Counted from the first letter of the stretch, positions 45,645 through 57,733 are shown. The stretch: DNA of 64,000 bases from Pseudomonadota bacterium (GCA_036231565.1 JAZAHA010000056.1:26792-90791); one strand, 5' to 3'. Numbers and translations: made by a program. The notes: generated from the letters alone by a model not told the origin.

Positions 45645-46637
45645 TCAGCGCCCCCAACGGGCCCGCCAGCCGCGCTCGTCCACATGGACGAAGGCGCCAT
45701 GCCAGGCATTCGGTCCGTATTCGCCCAGACCGCCGGCCAGCCAGGCCTCCCCGGCTTCCTCGGACAGGCTCTCCACCAGATCATAGAGCAGCGCCGCATC
45801 CTGACGATCCAGCACGCCATCCCGGTTGAGATCGTCCATGACGCCGTCGCCATCCGTGTCGATGAAGATATCGGCCGCACCACCATAGATGTGGCGTGAG
45901 TTCTCGCCATTGCCGAGCGACGCATTATAGGCCGGCGTGCGATAGCCGCTCATCACCGTGAAACCATCCGTCCGCCAGCCCCGAGCATTGGCCGCTTCGA
46001 GAATGACCTCCAGCTTCACGACCAGTCTTTCAGAGAGAACGAGATAGCGCGGTGCCGTCTCGTCACCTTCCTGCTTGCACAGGAACTGGCCGAGCCGGAA
46101 ATGCGGCGACAGGGCCACATCCTCCATCCCGGGCAGGATTTCGATGAAAGCCTGCGGTGCCAGATAGCTGGCCTCGCCGCGATAGGGTTCCGCCGGATAG
46201 GCCCCGAGGATGAAGCCATTGATGCCGTCAGCATCCGCGATTTCACGTGCGCGCATGACGACCCGGTTGAGGGTCATCTCATGCCCATCCGTATCGATCA
46301 GGCGCAACGGGTAGACACCCGGCGCAGACGGCGCGGTCCATTGGTAGTCCAGGCTGGATACGGCTGTGCCCACACCCTCGCGCCATTCGAGAACCGTGTC
46401 GGCGATCAGGCCGATACGCTCGCCGGGCTCGAGAAACAGCGCAAAAACGGAAAAATCGAAAACCAGCCCATCCGCCGTACTGACGGTGAAAGGGACGCGC
46501 CCCGGATCGAAGTCCGGAGCCGGAAGCAGCAAGCCCGCATCGTGGCGCTCAGGCACCACGGGGGCGACGACCGCCGCGCGGGGGTCGGTCGTCAACAGGA
46601 GCCCGGCCAGTGCGGGTCCCAGGACAAGTGCGCTCAA
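45645..46637 (-). CDS. Peptidase M15A-type (MepK/YcbK-like) Zn metallopeptidase with N-terminal extension
   Basis: SPHF, SGYRTPAYN, SRHIYGGAAD, FVHVD; signal-like N-terminus. Confidence 0.8.
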   Translation of the reverse strand: MSALVLGPALAGLLLTTDPRAAVVAPVVPERHDAGLLLPAPDFDPGRVPFTVSTADGLVFDFSVFALFLEPGERIGLIADTVLEWREGVGTAVSSLDYQWTAPSAPGVYPLRLIDTDGHEMTLNRVVMRAREIADADGINGFILGAYPAEPYRGEASYLAPQAFIEILPGMEDVALSPHFRLGQFLCKQEGDETAPRYLVLSERLVVKLEVILEAANARGWRTDGFTVMSGYRTPAYNASLGNGENSRHIYGGAADIFIDTDGDGVMDDLNRDGVLDRQDAALLYDLVESLSEEAGEAWLAGGLGEYGPNAWHGAFVHVDERGWRARWGR

Positions 46638-48199
46638 TCACGCGACTCCAGAGGCGGCGGGGCCAGGCCCAGCGCCGCGATGAGATTCTGATCGCGATCA
46701 TATAAATCGTCCACGAACCGCACGCCAGTGGTGTCATCGGGTATGACGGTCCAGTAGAGAATATGGACCGGCACCCCGCGCGACAGCTGGACCCGGGTCT
46801 CGTCATTGTTGGCCGCGACAGCCTGTACGCGCGCGGCCTCCCAGCCCGGCGTTTCAGCCGTTACCCATTCCGCCAGCGCCAGCGGATCACGGACGCGCAC
46901 ACAGCCCGAAGAGAAATCCCGCCGGGTCTGCGCGAACAGGCCACGGGTCGGCGTGTCATGCAGATAGACATTGTGCGGATTGGGGAACATGAACTTCACC
47001 TCCCCGAGCGCGTTTTGCGGCCCTGGCGCCTGGCGAAGCCGGTAGGGAAAATTCCGGGCCGGCACATTGGCCCAGTCAATCGTTTCCGGATCGACCAGCG
47101 TCCCGTCCCGGTCGATCACCTGAAAGCCCAGTCGCCGAACCGCACCAGGGTCGGAACGGAAGGCCGGCAGCTTGTCTCTTACCGCAAGGCTTGGCGGCGT
47201 TTCCCACCAGGGATTGAGAACCAGGTAGGTCATATTGCCCGAGAAGACGGGCGTGCGACGATAGAGCCGGCCCACGATCACGTCATGACGCCGCTCGACA
47301 ACAACGTCCTGGCGCGCCTCAAGACTGAAATCGGCGATATTCACGCGGATATGCCGGCGCCCCATATCCTCCGGCAGCCAGCGCCAGCGCTCCAGATTGG
47401 CGGTGATCTGCGCCACGCGCTCTGCGGCACTTGTGTTGAGCTGGATCAGCGTGCGCGGACCGATCACACCGTCAGGGTCCAGACTGGCGCGGCGCTGAAA
47501 AGTCTCGACCGCTACGCGAAGCGCGTCGTCATAGAGTTCCCGATCGCCGCCCTCTTCCATCGGTGCAATATCGCCTGTGGCTTCCAGGCGGGCACGGACC
47601 TCGGCGACCCTCGGCCCGCGTTCACCCGGGCGCAGCACACCACCTCCGGATACCTGCGGCCATGGCCCTGCTTCCGCAAGGCTGCGATAGCGCAGCAACG
47701 ACGCCTGCAGGGCCGCATAACCGGGCTGTGCAGGCGCCAGCGCATCGAGACTCTCAGCAATCGCACCATTTGCCAGCGCGCCCTGCAGATAGGCTGCCAG
47801 ATCCCGCCCCCGGCGCGCGGCCGTCCAGTCCGGCTCGATCGAGACGGGATCAAGCCGTCCGGCGAGCAGATGCGCGGCCAGCGTCAGATAGGCATCCGTT
47901 GCCAGCTCGTCGGCATAGCGATCCGGTTCGGCGGGATCGATCAGAGCCAGGGCGTCGGCATGATAATCGGCCGGATCGAGACCGTGCGCAGCCGCGCCGG
48001 CCACCGCAGTCCGCAAATCCTCGAAGAGCGCGGCATTGGCCGGACCCGTCCAGGCAAAACTGCCCTCGCGCTGCTCGTAAAATCGCGCCGATGTCTCGCA
48101 GGCCCGGCAGTCGGCCAGCACAGCGGCCTGTACCGCTGGTGAAGGCGCCAGACCCAGCGCGGCAACGGACAGGAGCAGGGACGGCAGAATCGGGCGCAT
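46634..48199 (-). CDS. Murein L,D-transpeptidase (LdtD/YcbB family)
   Basis: Signal peptide, PG-binding segment (DGVIGPRT), NLERWRW, PGPQNALG, YLHDTP...SSGCVRV. Confidence 0.9.
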   Translation of the reverse strand: MRPILPSLLLSVAALGLAPSPAVQAAVLADCRACETSARFYEQREGSFAWTGPANAALFEDLRTAVAGAAAHGLDPADYHADALALIDPAEPDRYADELATDAYLTLAAHLLAGRLDPVSIEPDWTAARRGRDLAAYLQGALANGAIAESLDALAPAQPGYAALQASLLRYRSLAEAGPWPQVSGGGVLRPGERGPRVAEVRARLEATGDIAPMEEGGDRELYDDALRVAVETFQRRASLDPDGVIGPRTLIQLNTSAAERVAQITANLERWRWLPEDMGRRHIRVNIADFSLEARQDVVVERRHDVIVGRLYRRTPVFSGNMTYLVLNPWWETPPSLAVRDKLPAFRSDPGAVRRLGFQVIDRDGTLVDPETIDWANVPARNFPYRLRQAPGPQNALGEVKFMFPNPHNVYLHDTPTRGLFAQTRRDFSSGCVRVRDPLALAEWVTAETPGWEAARVQAVAANNDETRVQLSRGVPVHILYWTVIPDDTTGVRFVDDLYDRDQNLIAALGLAPPPLESRD

Positions 48200-48298
48200 G
48201 TGATGTATTCCGGATAACCTGAGAGGTCTCCGACATATGCCCGGATTTGCTCCGTTACGGAAGGATGAGTCTCCTCACCTGGTTGGCCAGGCGAAGGA

Positions 48299-48374
48299 TG
48301 GTGGGCGGTGAGGGGTTCGAACCCCCGACCTACTGGGTGTAAACCAGTCGCTCTCCCAGCTGAGCTAACCGCCC
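48299..48374 (-). tRNA. tRNA-Val(TAC)
   Basis: GGGCGGTTAGCTCAGCTGGGAGAGCGACTGGTTTACACCCAGTAGGTCGGGGGTTCGAACCCCTCACCGCCCACCA; 76 nt. Confidence 0.97.
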
Positions 48375-48429
48375 GATCCAAGCTGAGCCGCGCTTTTAGT
48401 CCGCCGCCCCCCTTCGAGGCAAGCGTGCG

Positions 48430-49086
48430 CTACTTCTGCGCCGCAGCATCGCGGATGAGTGCGCCGATCATCATCGAAGCCTGCTCCAGGGCTTCGGCAG
48501 CCGGATCCTCAAGCGCAGCATTGGGCAGCGTCATGGTGACAATACCATGTACCGATGCCCACAATGTCCGCGCTGCCCGCCGGCGAAAGTCCGGATCCTC
48601 GAACCCCTTGCCAGCCTCCAGCACGCCTTCAACGATCCCGAACAACGCATCCTCGGTTTCGGTATAGGCTTTCGGCGCCGCGCCGGACTGGCGGCGGTTG
48701 AAGGACAAAAGTGCCCTCCAGCGCGCATTCTGGGTGACGACAAACTCGATATAGGCGCGTGCCAGGACAAGCGCCCGTTCGAACACCGCTTCCGGCGGCA
48801 GTCCGGACGCCTCAAGGGCCGAGCTGTGATGGATCTCGATATCGCGATAGGTGCGCAGATTGAGCTCACGGATCAGATCGTCGATATCGCCGAAGAGCTT
48901 GTAGATCGAACCGACAGACAGGCCGGCGCGGGCCGCGATCGTGCGGGCCTGCATGCCCTTGAGTCCCTGCTCGGCAAGCAGTTCGCCGGCAGCCAGCAAG
49001 GCTTGCTCGCGCACCTCCGGTGTCAGGCCGGGCCGGCCCCGGGGACGCGGCCGCGTCGGTGTCGGCTGTGGTGTATCCATGCGCAC
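48430..49086 (-). CDS. TetR/AcrR-family regulator (WHG-type C-terminus)
   Basis: HTH segment ARTIAARAGLSVGSIYKLF; LWASVHGIV. Confidence 0.85.
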   Translation of the reverse strand: MRMDTPQPTPTRPRPRGRPGLTPEVREQALLAAGELLAEQGLKGMQARTIAARAGLSVGSIYKLFGDIDDLIRELNLRTYRDIEIHHSSALEASGLPPEAVFERALVLARAYIEFVVTQNARWRALLSFNRRQSGAAPKAYTETEDALFGIVEGVLEAGKGFEDPDFRRRAARTLWASVHGIVTMTLPNAALEDPAAEALEQASMMIGALIRDAAAQK

Positions 49087-49263
49087 TTCCCGCCCGCACT
49101 CTCAGCCGGCCGTGCCGCGCGGGCGCCTGGCACGGGCCGACATCATCCGGTCCATGATGGAGGTCATTCGTCTGCAGACCATTGAATTCAGCCTGGTAGC
49201 AAAATTCAACCGGTTTTGCCGCTGCCGCGCATCCGGCAGCAGCGGCATTCATGACCCGTGTCG

Positions 49264-50418
49264 CTATTCGGCAACGGTAACGCGGTCGATCCCGTCCGCC
49301 GCATAGCAGCCGAGCAGCTTGATCTCGCGAGTATGCTCCTCGATGACGCTCATCGCCTGGCGGACCCGCTCGTCCTCGACATGCCCCTCGACGTCCATGA
49401 TGAACATCTCCTCCCAGGGATTACCGGCGATCGGGCGGCTTTCCAGCTTGACGATATTCACGCCCTGGTCGCGGAACCCGGTCAGCGCGTCGACGAGGCA
49501 GCCCGGCGTGTCGCGCGTGGTGAACATCATCGACGTCTTGCACTCCACCTCTCGGGTCGGCAGCTTGGCCTTGCGGGCAATCACGATGAAACGGGTGATG
49601 TTCTGCTCGTGATCGCCGATACCGCGGGCCAGGATATCCATGCCGAATAGGCGCGCCGCGTCTTCACCGGCGACCGCAGCCGCCGTGTCGTCATCCTCCA
49701 GCAGCCGCTCCAGCGCCCGGGTGGTCGAGGCCGCCATGTGCGTTTCCAGCTCCGGATGGGAGGCGATATAGCGGCGGCATTGGGCCAGTGCCTGCGGGTG
49801 ACCGAAGACCCGGCTGATCCGCCCCTGCCCGCTGGCCTTGCCGACCAGGCAGTGATCCACGCGCAGCAGGAATTCGCCGATGATCTGGGTGCGCGAATTG
49901 ATCAGGATATCATAGACTTCGTTGATCGAGCCCGTCGTCGTGTTCTCGATCGGCACCACGCCGTAATCGACCTCGGCATTCTCGACCGACCGGAAGATCG
50001 AGACGAAATCGCGCTTGGGGGACGGCACGACGGTGGCGTTGCGGCGTTCGAACACCTTCTGGGCGGCGATATGGCTGTAACTGCCCGGCCCGCCGAGATA
50101 GGCGACGGTGGCCTCGTTGAGGTCTTCGTTGCGCATGGAATCGAAGCGCTCGCGCTGACGGCGGATCGAAACCTCGAACAGGGCGTGGAACAGGCTCTCG
50201 ACCAGTTCGGGCGGCACACCCTGCGCCTTGCCGCGTGCCAGCGCGTCACGCAGGACGGCCTGCTCGCGTTCGCGGTCGCGCACCGGCTGACCGCTGGCGG
50301 CCTTGGCGGCCTGGATCTCGTCGACCAGCTCCTGGCGCCGGGCAATGGCGTCGATCAACTGTCCGTCGATCTGTGAAATCTCCGCCCGGATCTCGTCCCG
50401 GCTCTTTATCGTCGTCAC
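49264..50418 (-). CDS. pheA: Bifunctional chorismate mutase / prephenate dehydratase (P-protein)
   Basis: AroQ-type N-domain (R..I..ID..L, DREREQAVL), YLGGPGSYSH, VPIENTTTGSINEVYD, TRFIV, ACT domain KLESRP. GTG start at 50418. Confidence 0.93.
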   Translation of the reverse strand: MTTIKSRDEIRAEISQIDGQLIDAIARRQELVDEIQAAKAASGQPVRDREREQAVLRDALARGKAQGVPPELVESLFHALFEVSIRRQRERFDSMRNEDLNEATVAYLGGPGSYSHIAAQKVFERRNATVVPSPKRDFVSIFRSVENAEVDYGVVPIENTTTGSINEVYDILINSRTQIIGEFLLRVDHCLVGKASGQGRISRVFGHPQALAQCRRYIASHPELETHMAASTTRALERLLEDDDTAAAVAGEDAARLFGMDILARGIGDHEQNITRFIVIARKAKLPTREVECKTSMMFTTRDTPGCLVDALTGFRDQGVNIVKLESRPIAGNPWEEMFIMDVEGHVEDERVRQAMSVIEEHTREIKLLGCYAADGIDRVTVAE

Positions 50419-50441
50419 GGTCTCACCCTTTCTTTTCACAC

Positions 50442-50474
50442 AAAAGAAAAGGGCCTCCCCGAGGGGGAGGCCCT
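50442..50474 (-). terminator. Attenuator terminator upstream of pheA
   Basis: AGGGCCTCCCC-CTC-GGGGAGGCCCT followed by TTTCTTTT on the - strand. Confidence 0.9.
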
Positions 50475-50498
50475 GCAAATCCGGTGCTTTCACACACG

Positions 50499-50570
50499 TC
50501 AGCCGGCCACCGCCCCCTCACGGGTTGCGTTGGTAAAGTAGCCGAAAAAATAGAACGTCGCGAAAGTCAT
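50499..50570 (-). CDS. pheL: Phe/Tyr-rich leader peptide (PheL-like), 23 aa
   Basis: MTFATFYFFGYFTNATREGAVAG*; 5 Phe and 2 Tyr in the first 12 residues, directly above the terminator. Confidence 0.88.
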   Translation of the reverse strand: MTFATFYFFGYFTNATREGAVAG

Positions 50571-50660
50571 GAGACGAGAGTGGCGGCGGTTTTGCGCAAG
50601 GTCAATGCTCAATTTCTGCATCTGCGTCGTGCGTGTGCAAAAAAATGGCAGCGCGCACGA

Positions 50661-50686
50661 AAAAGGGCGGCTGAAGCCGCCCTTTT
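50661..50686. terminator. Terminator downstream of lon
   Basis: AAAAGGGCGGC-TGAA-GCCGCCCTTTT. Confidence 0.85.
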
Positions 50687-50728
50687 CCTGTCACGTAACG
50701 GCACCATGCGTGCCCGACAAGGGCAACA

Positions 50729-53134
<2,406 letters not shown>

Positions 53135-53252
53135 GCTTACTCCATGCGCGCCCGATACAGGGGCGCGTGCAGATCTCGTCGGATCTTTCTATCGATACGG
53201 GACGGCCGGCAAGCGCTCTGGGTCTTGCCCGACGCGTCCCACCTGGATCATG

Positions 53253-53281
53253 AAGTGGCGATCGCGATCGCCGAATTCAAG
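53253..53281 (-). promoter_or_regulatory. Possible RpoH (sigma32) promoter of lon
   Basis: CTTGAA(53281-53276)-N17-CCACTT; the -35 matches RpoH consensus, the -10 only partly. Confidence 0.4.
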
Positions 53282-53286
53282 CGTCC

Positions 53287-54558
53287 TCAAGCACCCGTCC
53301 GCTTGTCGTCCTTGCGCTCGGCATAGATGAAGAGCGGTTTGGCATTGCCCTCGACGACTTCCGCGTTGACGACAATCTCTTCCACGCCTTCCAGGCCCGG
53401 CAGGTCGAACATCGTTTCGAGCAGGATGCCTTCCATGATCGAACGCAGGCCGCGCGCACCGGTCTTGCGGGCAATGGCCTTGGCAGCCACGGCCTTGAGC
53501 GCATCCTCGGTGAAGGTCAGGCCGACGCCTTCCATCTCGAACAGGCGCTGATACTGCTTCACGAGCGCATTCTTCGGCTCGGTCAGGATCTGCACCAGGG
53601 CGTCCTCGTCCAGGTCTTCCAGGGTCGCGATGACCGGCAGACGGCCGACGAATTCCGGGATCAGGCCGAAACGCAGGAGATCGTCCGGCTCCACTTCGCG
53701 CAGGATGTCACCCGTGCGGCGGTCGTCGGTCTCGCGCACATCGGCACCGAAGCCGATGGCAGACCCCTTGCCGCGCTGGGAGATCACCTTGTCGAGACCG
53801 GCAAAGGCGCCGCCGACGACGAAGAGGATATTGGTCGTGTCCACCTGCAGGAATTCCTGCTGGGGATGCTTGCGGCCGCCCTGCGGCGGCACGGAGGCGA
53901 CCGTGCCTTCCATGATCTTCAGCAGGGCCTGCTGCACGCCCTCACCCGACACGTCACGCGTGATGGACGGGTTGTCGGACTTGCGGGAAATCTTGTCGAT
54001 CTCGTCGATATAGACGATGCCGCGCTGGGCCCGCTCGACATTGTAGTCGGCCGACTGCAGCAGTTTCAGCACGATGTTCTCGACGTCCTCACCGACATAG
54101 CCCGCTTCGGTCAGCGTCGTCGCATCGGCCATGGTGAAGGGCACATCGAGGATGCGCGCCAGCGTCTGGGCCAGCAGCGTCTTGCCGCAACCGGTCGGGC
54201 CGATCAGCAGGATGTTCGACTTGGCCAGTTCCACGTCGGAATTGGCCGAGGCGTGGTTCAGGCGCTTGTAGTGGTTGTGCACGGCCACCGCGAGCACGCG
54301 CTTGGCATGCGCCTGGCCGATCACGTAATCGTTCAGGACGTTGAAGATTTCCTGCGGCGTGGGCACGCCTTCCTTGGACTTCACCAGCGAAGACTTGTTC
54401 TCCTCGCGGATGATATCCATGCAGAGCTCGACGCATTCATCGCAGATGAACACGGTGGGCCCGGCAATCAGCTTGCGCACCTCATGCTGGCTCTTTCCGC
54501 AGAAAGAACAGTAGAGGGTGTTCTTCGACTCGCCGTCTCCGCCCGTCGTCTTACTCAT
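53287..54558 (-). CDS. clpX: ATP-dependent Clp protease ATP-binding subunit
   Basis: CSFCGKSQ zinc domain, [24 protein letters not shown] loop, TGARGLR. Confidence 0.98.
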   Translation of the reverse strand: MSKTTGGDGESKNTLYCSFCGKSQHEVRKLIAGPTVFICDECVELCMDIIREENKSSLVKSKEGVPTPQEIFNVLNDYVIGQAHAKRVLAVAVHNHYKRLNHASANSDVELAKSNILLIGPTGCGKTLLAQTLARILDVPFTMADATTLTEAGYVGEDVENIVLKLLQSADYNVERAQRGIVYIDEIDKISRKSDNPSITRDVSGEGVQQALLKIMEGTVASVPPQGGRKHPQQEFLQVDTTNILFVVGGAFAGLDKVISQRGKGSAIGFGADVRETDDRRTGDILREVEPDDLLRFGLIPEFVGRLPVIATLEDLDEDALVQILTEPKNALVKQYQRLFEMEGVGLTFTEDALKAVAAKAIARKTGARGLRSIMEGILLETMFDLPGLEGVEEIVVNAEVVEGNAKPLFIYAERKDDKRTGA

Positions 54559-54752
54559 GACCGCTCCAATTCAACCCGCAGGTCCCGGCATCTGAATGGT
54601 ATCATTACAATACCATACCGGCATTTGTCCCGCCTCGCATCCAGTCCTGAGCAAAATCAGGGCCGAACTTTAGCGAAAGGTTTCCGTCACTGTGCATTCG
54701 ATCACATGGGCGCGGCATGGATCAAGCTCCAACCGCGCCCGGCGATCATGCC

Positions 54753-55388
54753 CTAGTCGGACTTGCCTTCGCCTTCATCCTCGCTGCGACGCGTAAAGAC
54801 CTCGTCAATGAGGCCGAATTCCTTGGCTTCGTCCGCAGACATGAAGTTGTCGCGGTCGAGAGCCTGTTCAATCTCGTCATAGGTGCGGCCGGTGTGGTGC
54901 ACATAGATCTCGTTCAGCCGGCGCTTGATCTTCTGGATGTCCGCCGCATGCCGCTCGATGTCCGAGGCTTGGCCGCGGAAACCGCCGGAGGGCTGGTGCA
55001 CCATGATCCGCGCATTCGGCGTGGCATAGCGCCGCTTGTCCTCACCCGCCGTCAGCAGCAGTGAGCCCATCGAGGCCGCCATGCCGATACACATGGTGGA
55101 GACCGGGCAGCGGATGTGCTGCATCGTGTCGTAGATCGCCAGGCCGGCCGAGACCACGCCGCCGGGCGAGTTGATGTACATCGAGATTTCCTTCTTCGGA
55201 TTTTCCGATTCAAGGAAAAGCAGCTGGGCGACGATCAGGCTCGCCATATGGTCCTCGATCGGACCGGTGACGAAGATGATGCGCTCCTTGAGAAGCCGCG
55301 AATAGATGTCGAAGGAGCGTTCGCCCCGGCTGGTTTGCTCGACGACGATCGGAACCAGATTCATCGTCCTGTCCTGGGGATCATGCAT
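54753..55388 (-). CDS. clpP: ATP-dependent Clp protease proteolytic subunit
   Basis: [37 protein letters not shown]. Confidence 0.98.
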   Translation of the reverse strand: MHDPQDRTMNLVPIVVEQTSRGERSFDIYSRLLKERIIFVTGPIEDHMASLIVAQLLFLESENPKKEISMYINSPGGVVSAGLAIYDTMQHIRCPVSTMCIGMAASMGSLLLTAGEDKRRYATPNARIMVHQPSGGFRGQASDIERHAADIQKIKRRLNEIYVHHTGRTYDEIEQALDRDNFMSADEAKEFGLIDEVFTRRSEDEGEGKSD

Positions 55389-55545
55389 GTCGCGCTCCTT
55401 GGGGTTCGGGCAGCCGGTCGGCGCCGATTCTCGTCAGACGGGATTGTTCAAATATTGCGGCGCTCGCTCCGGCGTGCAAGGCGGACGCTGCACACGCCTG
55501 TGCGAATTCCCGCAACGGCACACAAAACAGCAGCCGGAAACGAAA

Positions 55546-55573
55546 AGCGCCGGCGTCCTGGGACGCCGGCGCT
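55546..55573 (-). terminator. Terminator downstream of tig
   Basis: AGCGCCGGCGTCC/GGACGCCGGCGCT stem followed by TTTCGTTT on the - strand. Confidence 0.8.
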
Positions 55574-55598
55574 GATCGTGTGCGAAAGAGCCCGGTGA

Positions 55599-57137
55599 TC
55601 AGGCGTCCTTCTTGGCCGCAGCCTTTTTCTTCGGTGCGGCTTTCTTGGCCGCCGGCTTCTTGGCCTCGGCCTTGTCGCCGTCCTTGGCTGCCGCTTTCTT
55701 GGCCGGAGCCTTCTTCTTCGCGGCCGGCTTGTCGTCGTCCTTCTTGGCAGCCGCCTTCTTCTTCGGCGCAGCCTTCTTCTTGGCCGGAGCCGGCGCTTCG
55801 TCTTCCTCGGCGTAGAGCGCGTCCTTGGACACGGTCACCTCGGTGACGTCGGCGAGCTCGAGGATGTAGTCGACGACTTTTTCCTCATAGATCGGCGCGC
55901 GCAGCTGGGCGATGGCCTGCGGATTCTTCTGGTAGAACTCGACAACCTGGCGCTCCTGGCCCGGATAGCGCACGGCTTCCTGGTTGATGGCGCGGGAGAG
56001 TTCTTCCTGGGTCACGTCGACATTGTTGCGACGGCCGATCTCGGCGAGCACCAGGCCCAGGCGCACACGGCGCTCGGCAATGCCGCGATACTCGGTCTTC
56101 AGCTCGTCTTCCGACTTGCCCTTGTCCTCTTCCTCGAGGTGGTCGTGCTCGATGGCGTGCTGGACTTCGCGCCAGATATTGTCGAACTCGGCATCCACCA
56201 TCTGCGGCGGCAGGTCGAAGCTGTGCGCGGCATCGAGCTGGTCGAGCAGCGCCCGCTTCACCTTCATGCGCGACTGCTGGGCGTGCTCCTGGGCGAAGCG
56301 CTTCTTCAGCGCGTCCTTCAGGCCGTCCAGGCCATCGAGACCCAGGCGCTTGGCCAGTTCGTCGTCGACCTTGGCTTCGCCCGGTGCTTCCACCGACTTC
56401 ACCGTGACGTCGAATTCGGCGTCCTTGCCGGCCAGATGAGCGGCCTGGTACTGCGCCGGGAAGGTCACTTTCAGAACGCGCTCTTCGCCCGGCTTGGCGC
56501 CGACCAGCTGTTCCTCGAAGCCCGGAATGAAGGCACCGTCGCCGATGGCCACGCGCGCGTCTTCCGCAGCGCCACCCTCGAAGGGTTCGCCATCCAGCTT
56601 GCCGACGAAATCGATGACGACGACATCGCCCTCTTCCGCCTTGGCATTCTTGCCACCCTTCTTGGCGGAGAATTCGCGGTTTTCCTCGGCCAGCTTCTGC
56701 AGCGCCTCGTCGATCTCGGCCTCATCGACCTCGGCGACCGGGCGCTCGACCTTCAGCTTGGACGGATCGGCCGGTTCGAATTCCGGCATCACTTCCAGCG
56801 AGATCTCGAAAGAGAAATCGGCCTTGCCGGACAGCACGTCCTGCGCCTCGCTGGTGACCTTGATGTCCGGCTGGGTGGCCGGGCGGATATTCTTCTCGTC
56901 GAGCGTCTTCTGCGTGGTCTGCGGGACCAGCTCGTTCAGCAGATCGCCCATGATCGACTCGCCGAACATCTTGCGGATGTGGCTCGTGGGAACCTTGCCC
57001 GGGCGGAAGCCCTTCAGGCGGACTTCCGGACGGATCTCTTCGATCTTCGCTGCGAGGCGAGCTTGCAGATCGTCGGCCGGGAAGACGATCTCGAAAGTGC
57101 GGCTCAAGCCTTCGGAAGATTTCTCGGTGACGTTCAT
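55599..57137 (-). CDS. tig: Trigger factor with Lys/Ala-rich C-terminal tail
   Basis: From MNVTEKS; GFRPGKVP, FKBP segment IDFVG...FIPGFEEQL, RRVRLGLVL. Confidence 0.96.
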   Translation of the reverse strand: MNVTEKSSEGLSRTFEIVFPADDLQARLAAKIEEIRPEVRLKGFRPGKVPTSHIRKMFGESIMGDLLNELVPQTTQKTLDEKNIRPATQPDIKVTSEAQDVLSGKADFSFEISLEVMPEFEPADPSKLKVERPVAEVDEAEIDEALQKLAEENREFSAKKGGKNAKAEEGDVVVIDFVGKLDGEPFEGGAAEDARVAIGDGAFIPGFEEQLVGAKPGEERVLKVTFPAQYQAAHLAGKDAEFDVTVKSVEAPGEAKVDDELAKRLGLDGLDGLKDALKKRFAQEHAQQSRMKVKRALLDQLDAAHSFDLPPQMVDAEFDNIWREVQHAIEHDHLEEEDKGKSEDELKTEYRGIAERRVRLGLVLAEIGRRNNVDVTQEELSRAINQEAVRYPGQERQVVEFYQKNPQAIAQLRAPIYEEKVVDYILELADVTEVTVSKDALYAEEDEAPAPAKKKAAPKKKAAAKKDDDKPAAKKKAPAKKAAAKDGDKAEAKKPAAKKAAPKKKAAAKKDA

Positions 57138-57327
57138 GGGTTGGCCTTGGTGTTCTAAGTAAGGGTGCGCAGATACGCGCGTGCAAAATCGAGCGCGCGT
57201 TATGTCATGCGGTTTACGCCTGTGCAACGCCGGGAAGCGGCTGGCGGGTGCAGATGAGGCGAATGCAGCCTGTTCGCACGCCGGGACTGGGGATCGGGGG
57301 GCTGTGGTGCGTGGCGCCGCCAGTCCG

Positions 57328-57421
57328 CCTTCGCCAAAGGCTTCGGCGAGACAGCCGACGCTTGAGGGTAGAGTGGAGGCTTGCTTGCCCTCGACGGCCC
57401 TCCTTCGCCAAGGCTTCGGCG
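57328..57421. repeat. Two copies of a REP-like palindrome between tRNA-Leu and tig
   Basis: CCTTCGCCAAAGGCTTCGGCG (57328-57348) and CCTTCGCCAAGGCTTCGGCG (57402-57421). Confidence 0.7.
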
Positions 57422-57561
57422 GGGCACCGCTTCGCCCCAAGTGCGCGCTGCGGGTGGCTCGCCACCCGAAGCCCGCAGGGCGAAGGCCCCTGCCGGGGCA
57501 TTCTCCGCCTAAAATCGATTCACTGGATCGATTTTTCTGCCTCCGGCAGACCGGCTCCGAA

Positions 57562-57646
57562 TGGTGCGGATGAGAGGACTCGAACCTCCACGCCTTGCGG
57601 CACTGGAACCTAAATCCAGCGCGTCTACCAGTTCCGCCACATCCGC
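57562..57646 (-). tRNA. tRNA-Leu(TAG)
   Basis: GCGGATGTGGCGGAACTGGTAGACGCGCTGGATTTAGGTTCCAGTGCCGCAAGGCGTGGAGGTTCGAGTCCTCTCATCCGCACCA; 85 nt, long variable arm; usual position upstream of tig. Confidence 0.97.
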
Positions 57647-57733
57647 ACGTCTGGTGGCGATCTCTTGGCACGGGGCGGCGCGGATAGGCAAGCGGCCATT
57701 GCCGGGCGGGCTGCGGCGGTTCTATATCGCGCC

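Noticed and set aside
48200-48430. att duplication at tRNA-Val or tRNA-Leu
   Set aside because: I saw no second copy of either tRNA's 3' end in the window; this was a visual scan only.
55599-57671. 690-aa trigger factor as given by the ORF track
   Set aside because: The N-terminal 178 codons run through tRNA-Leu and the repeat-rich spacer; the real start is 57137.
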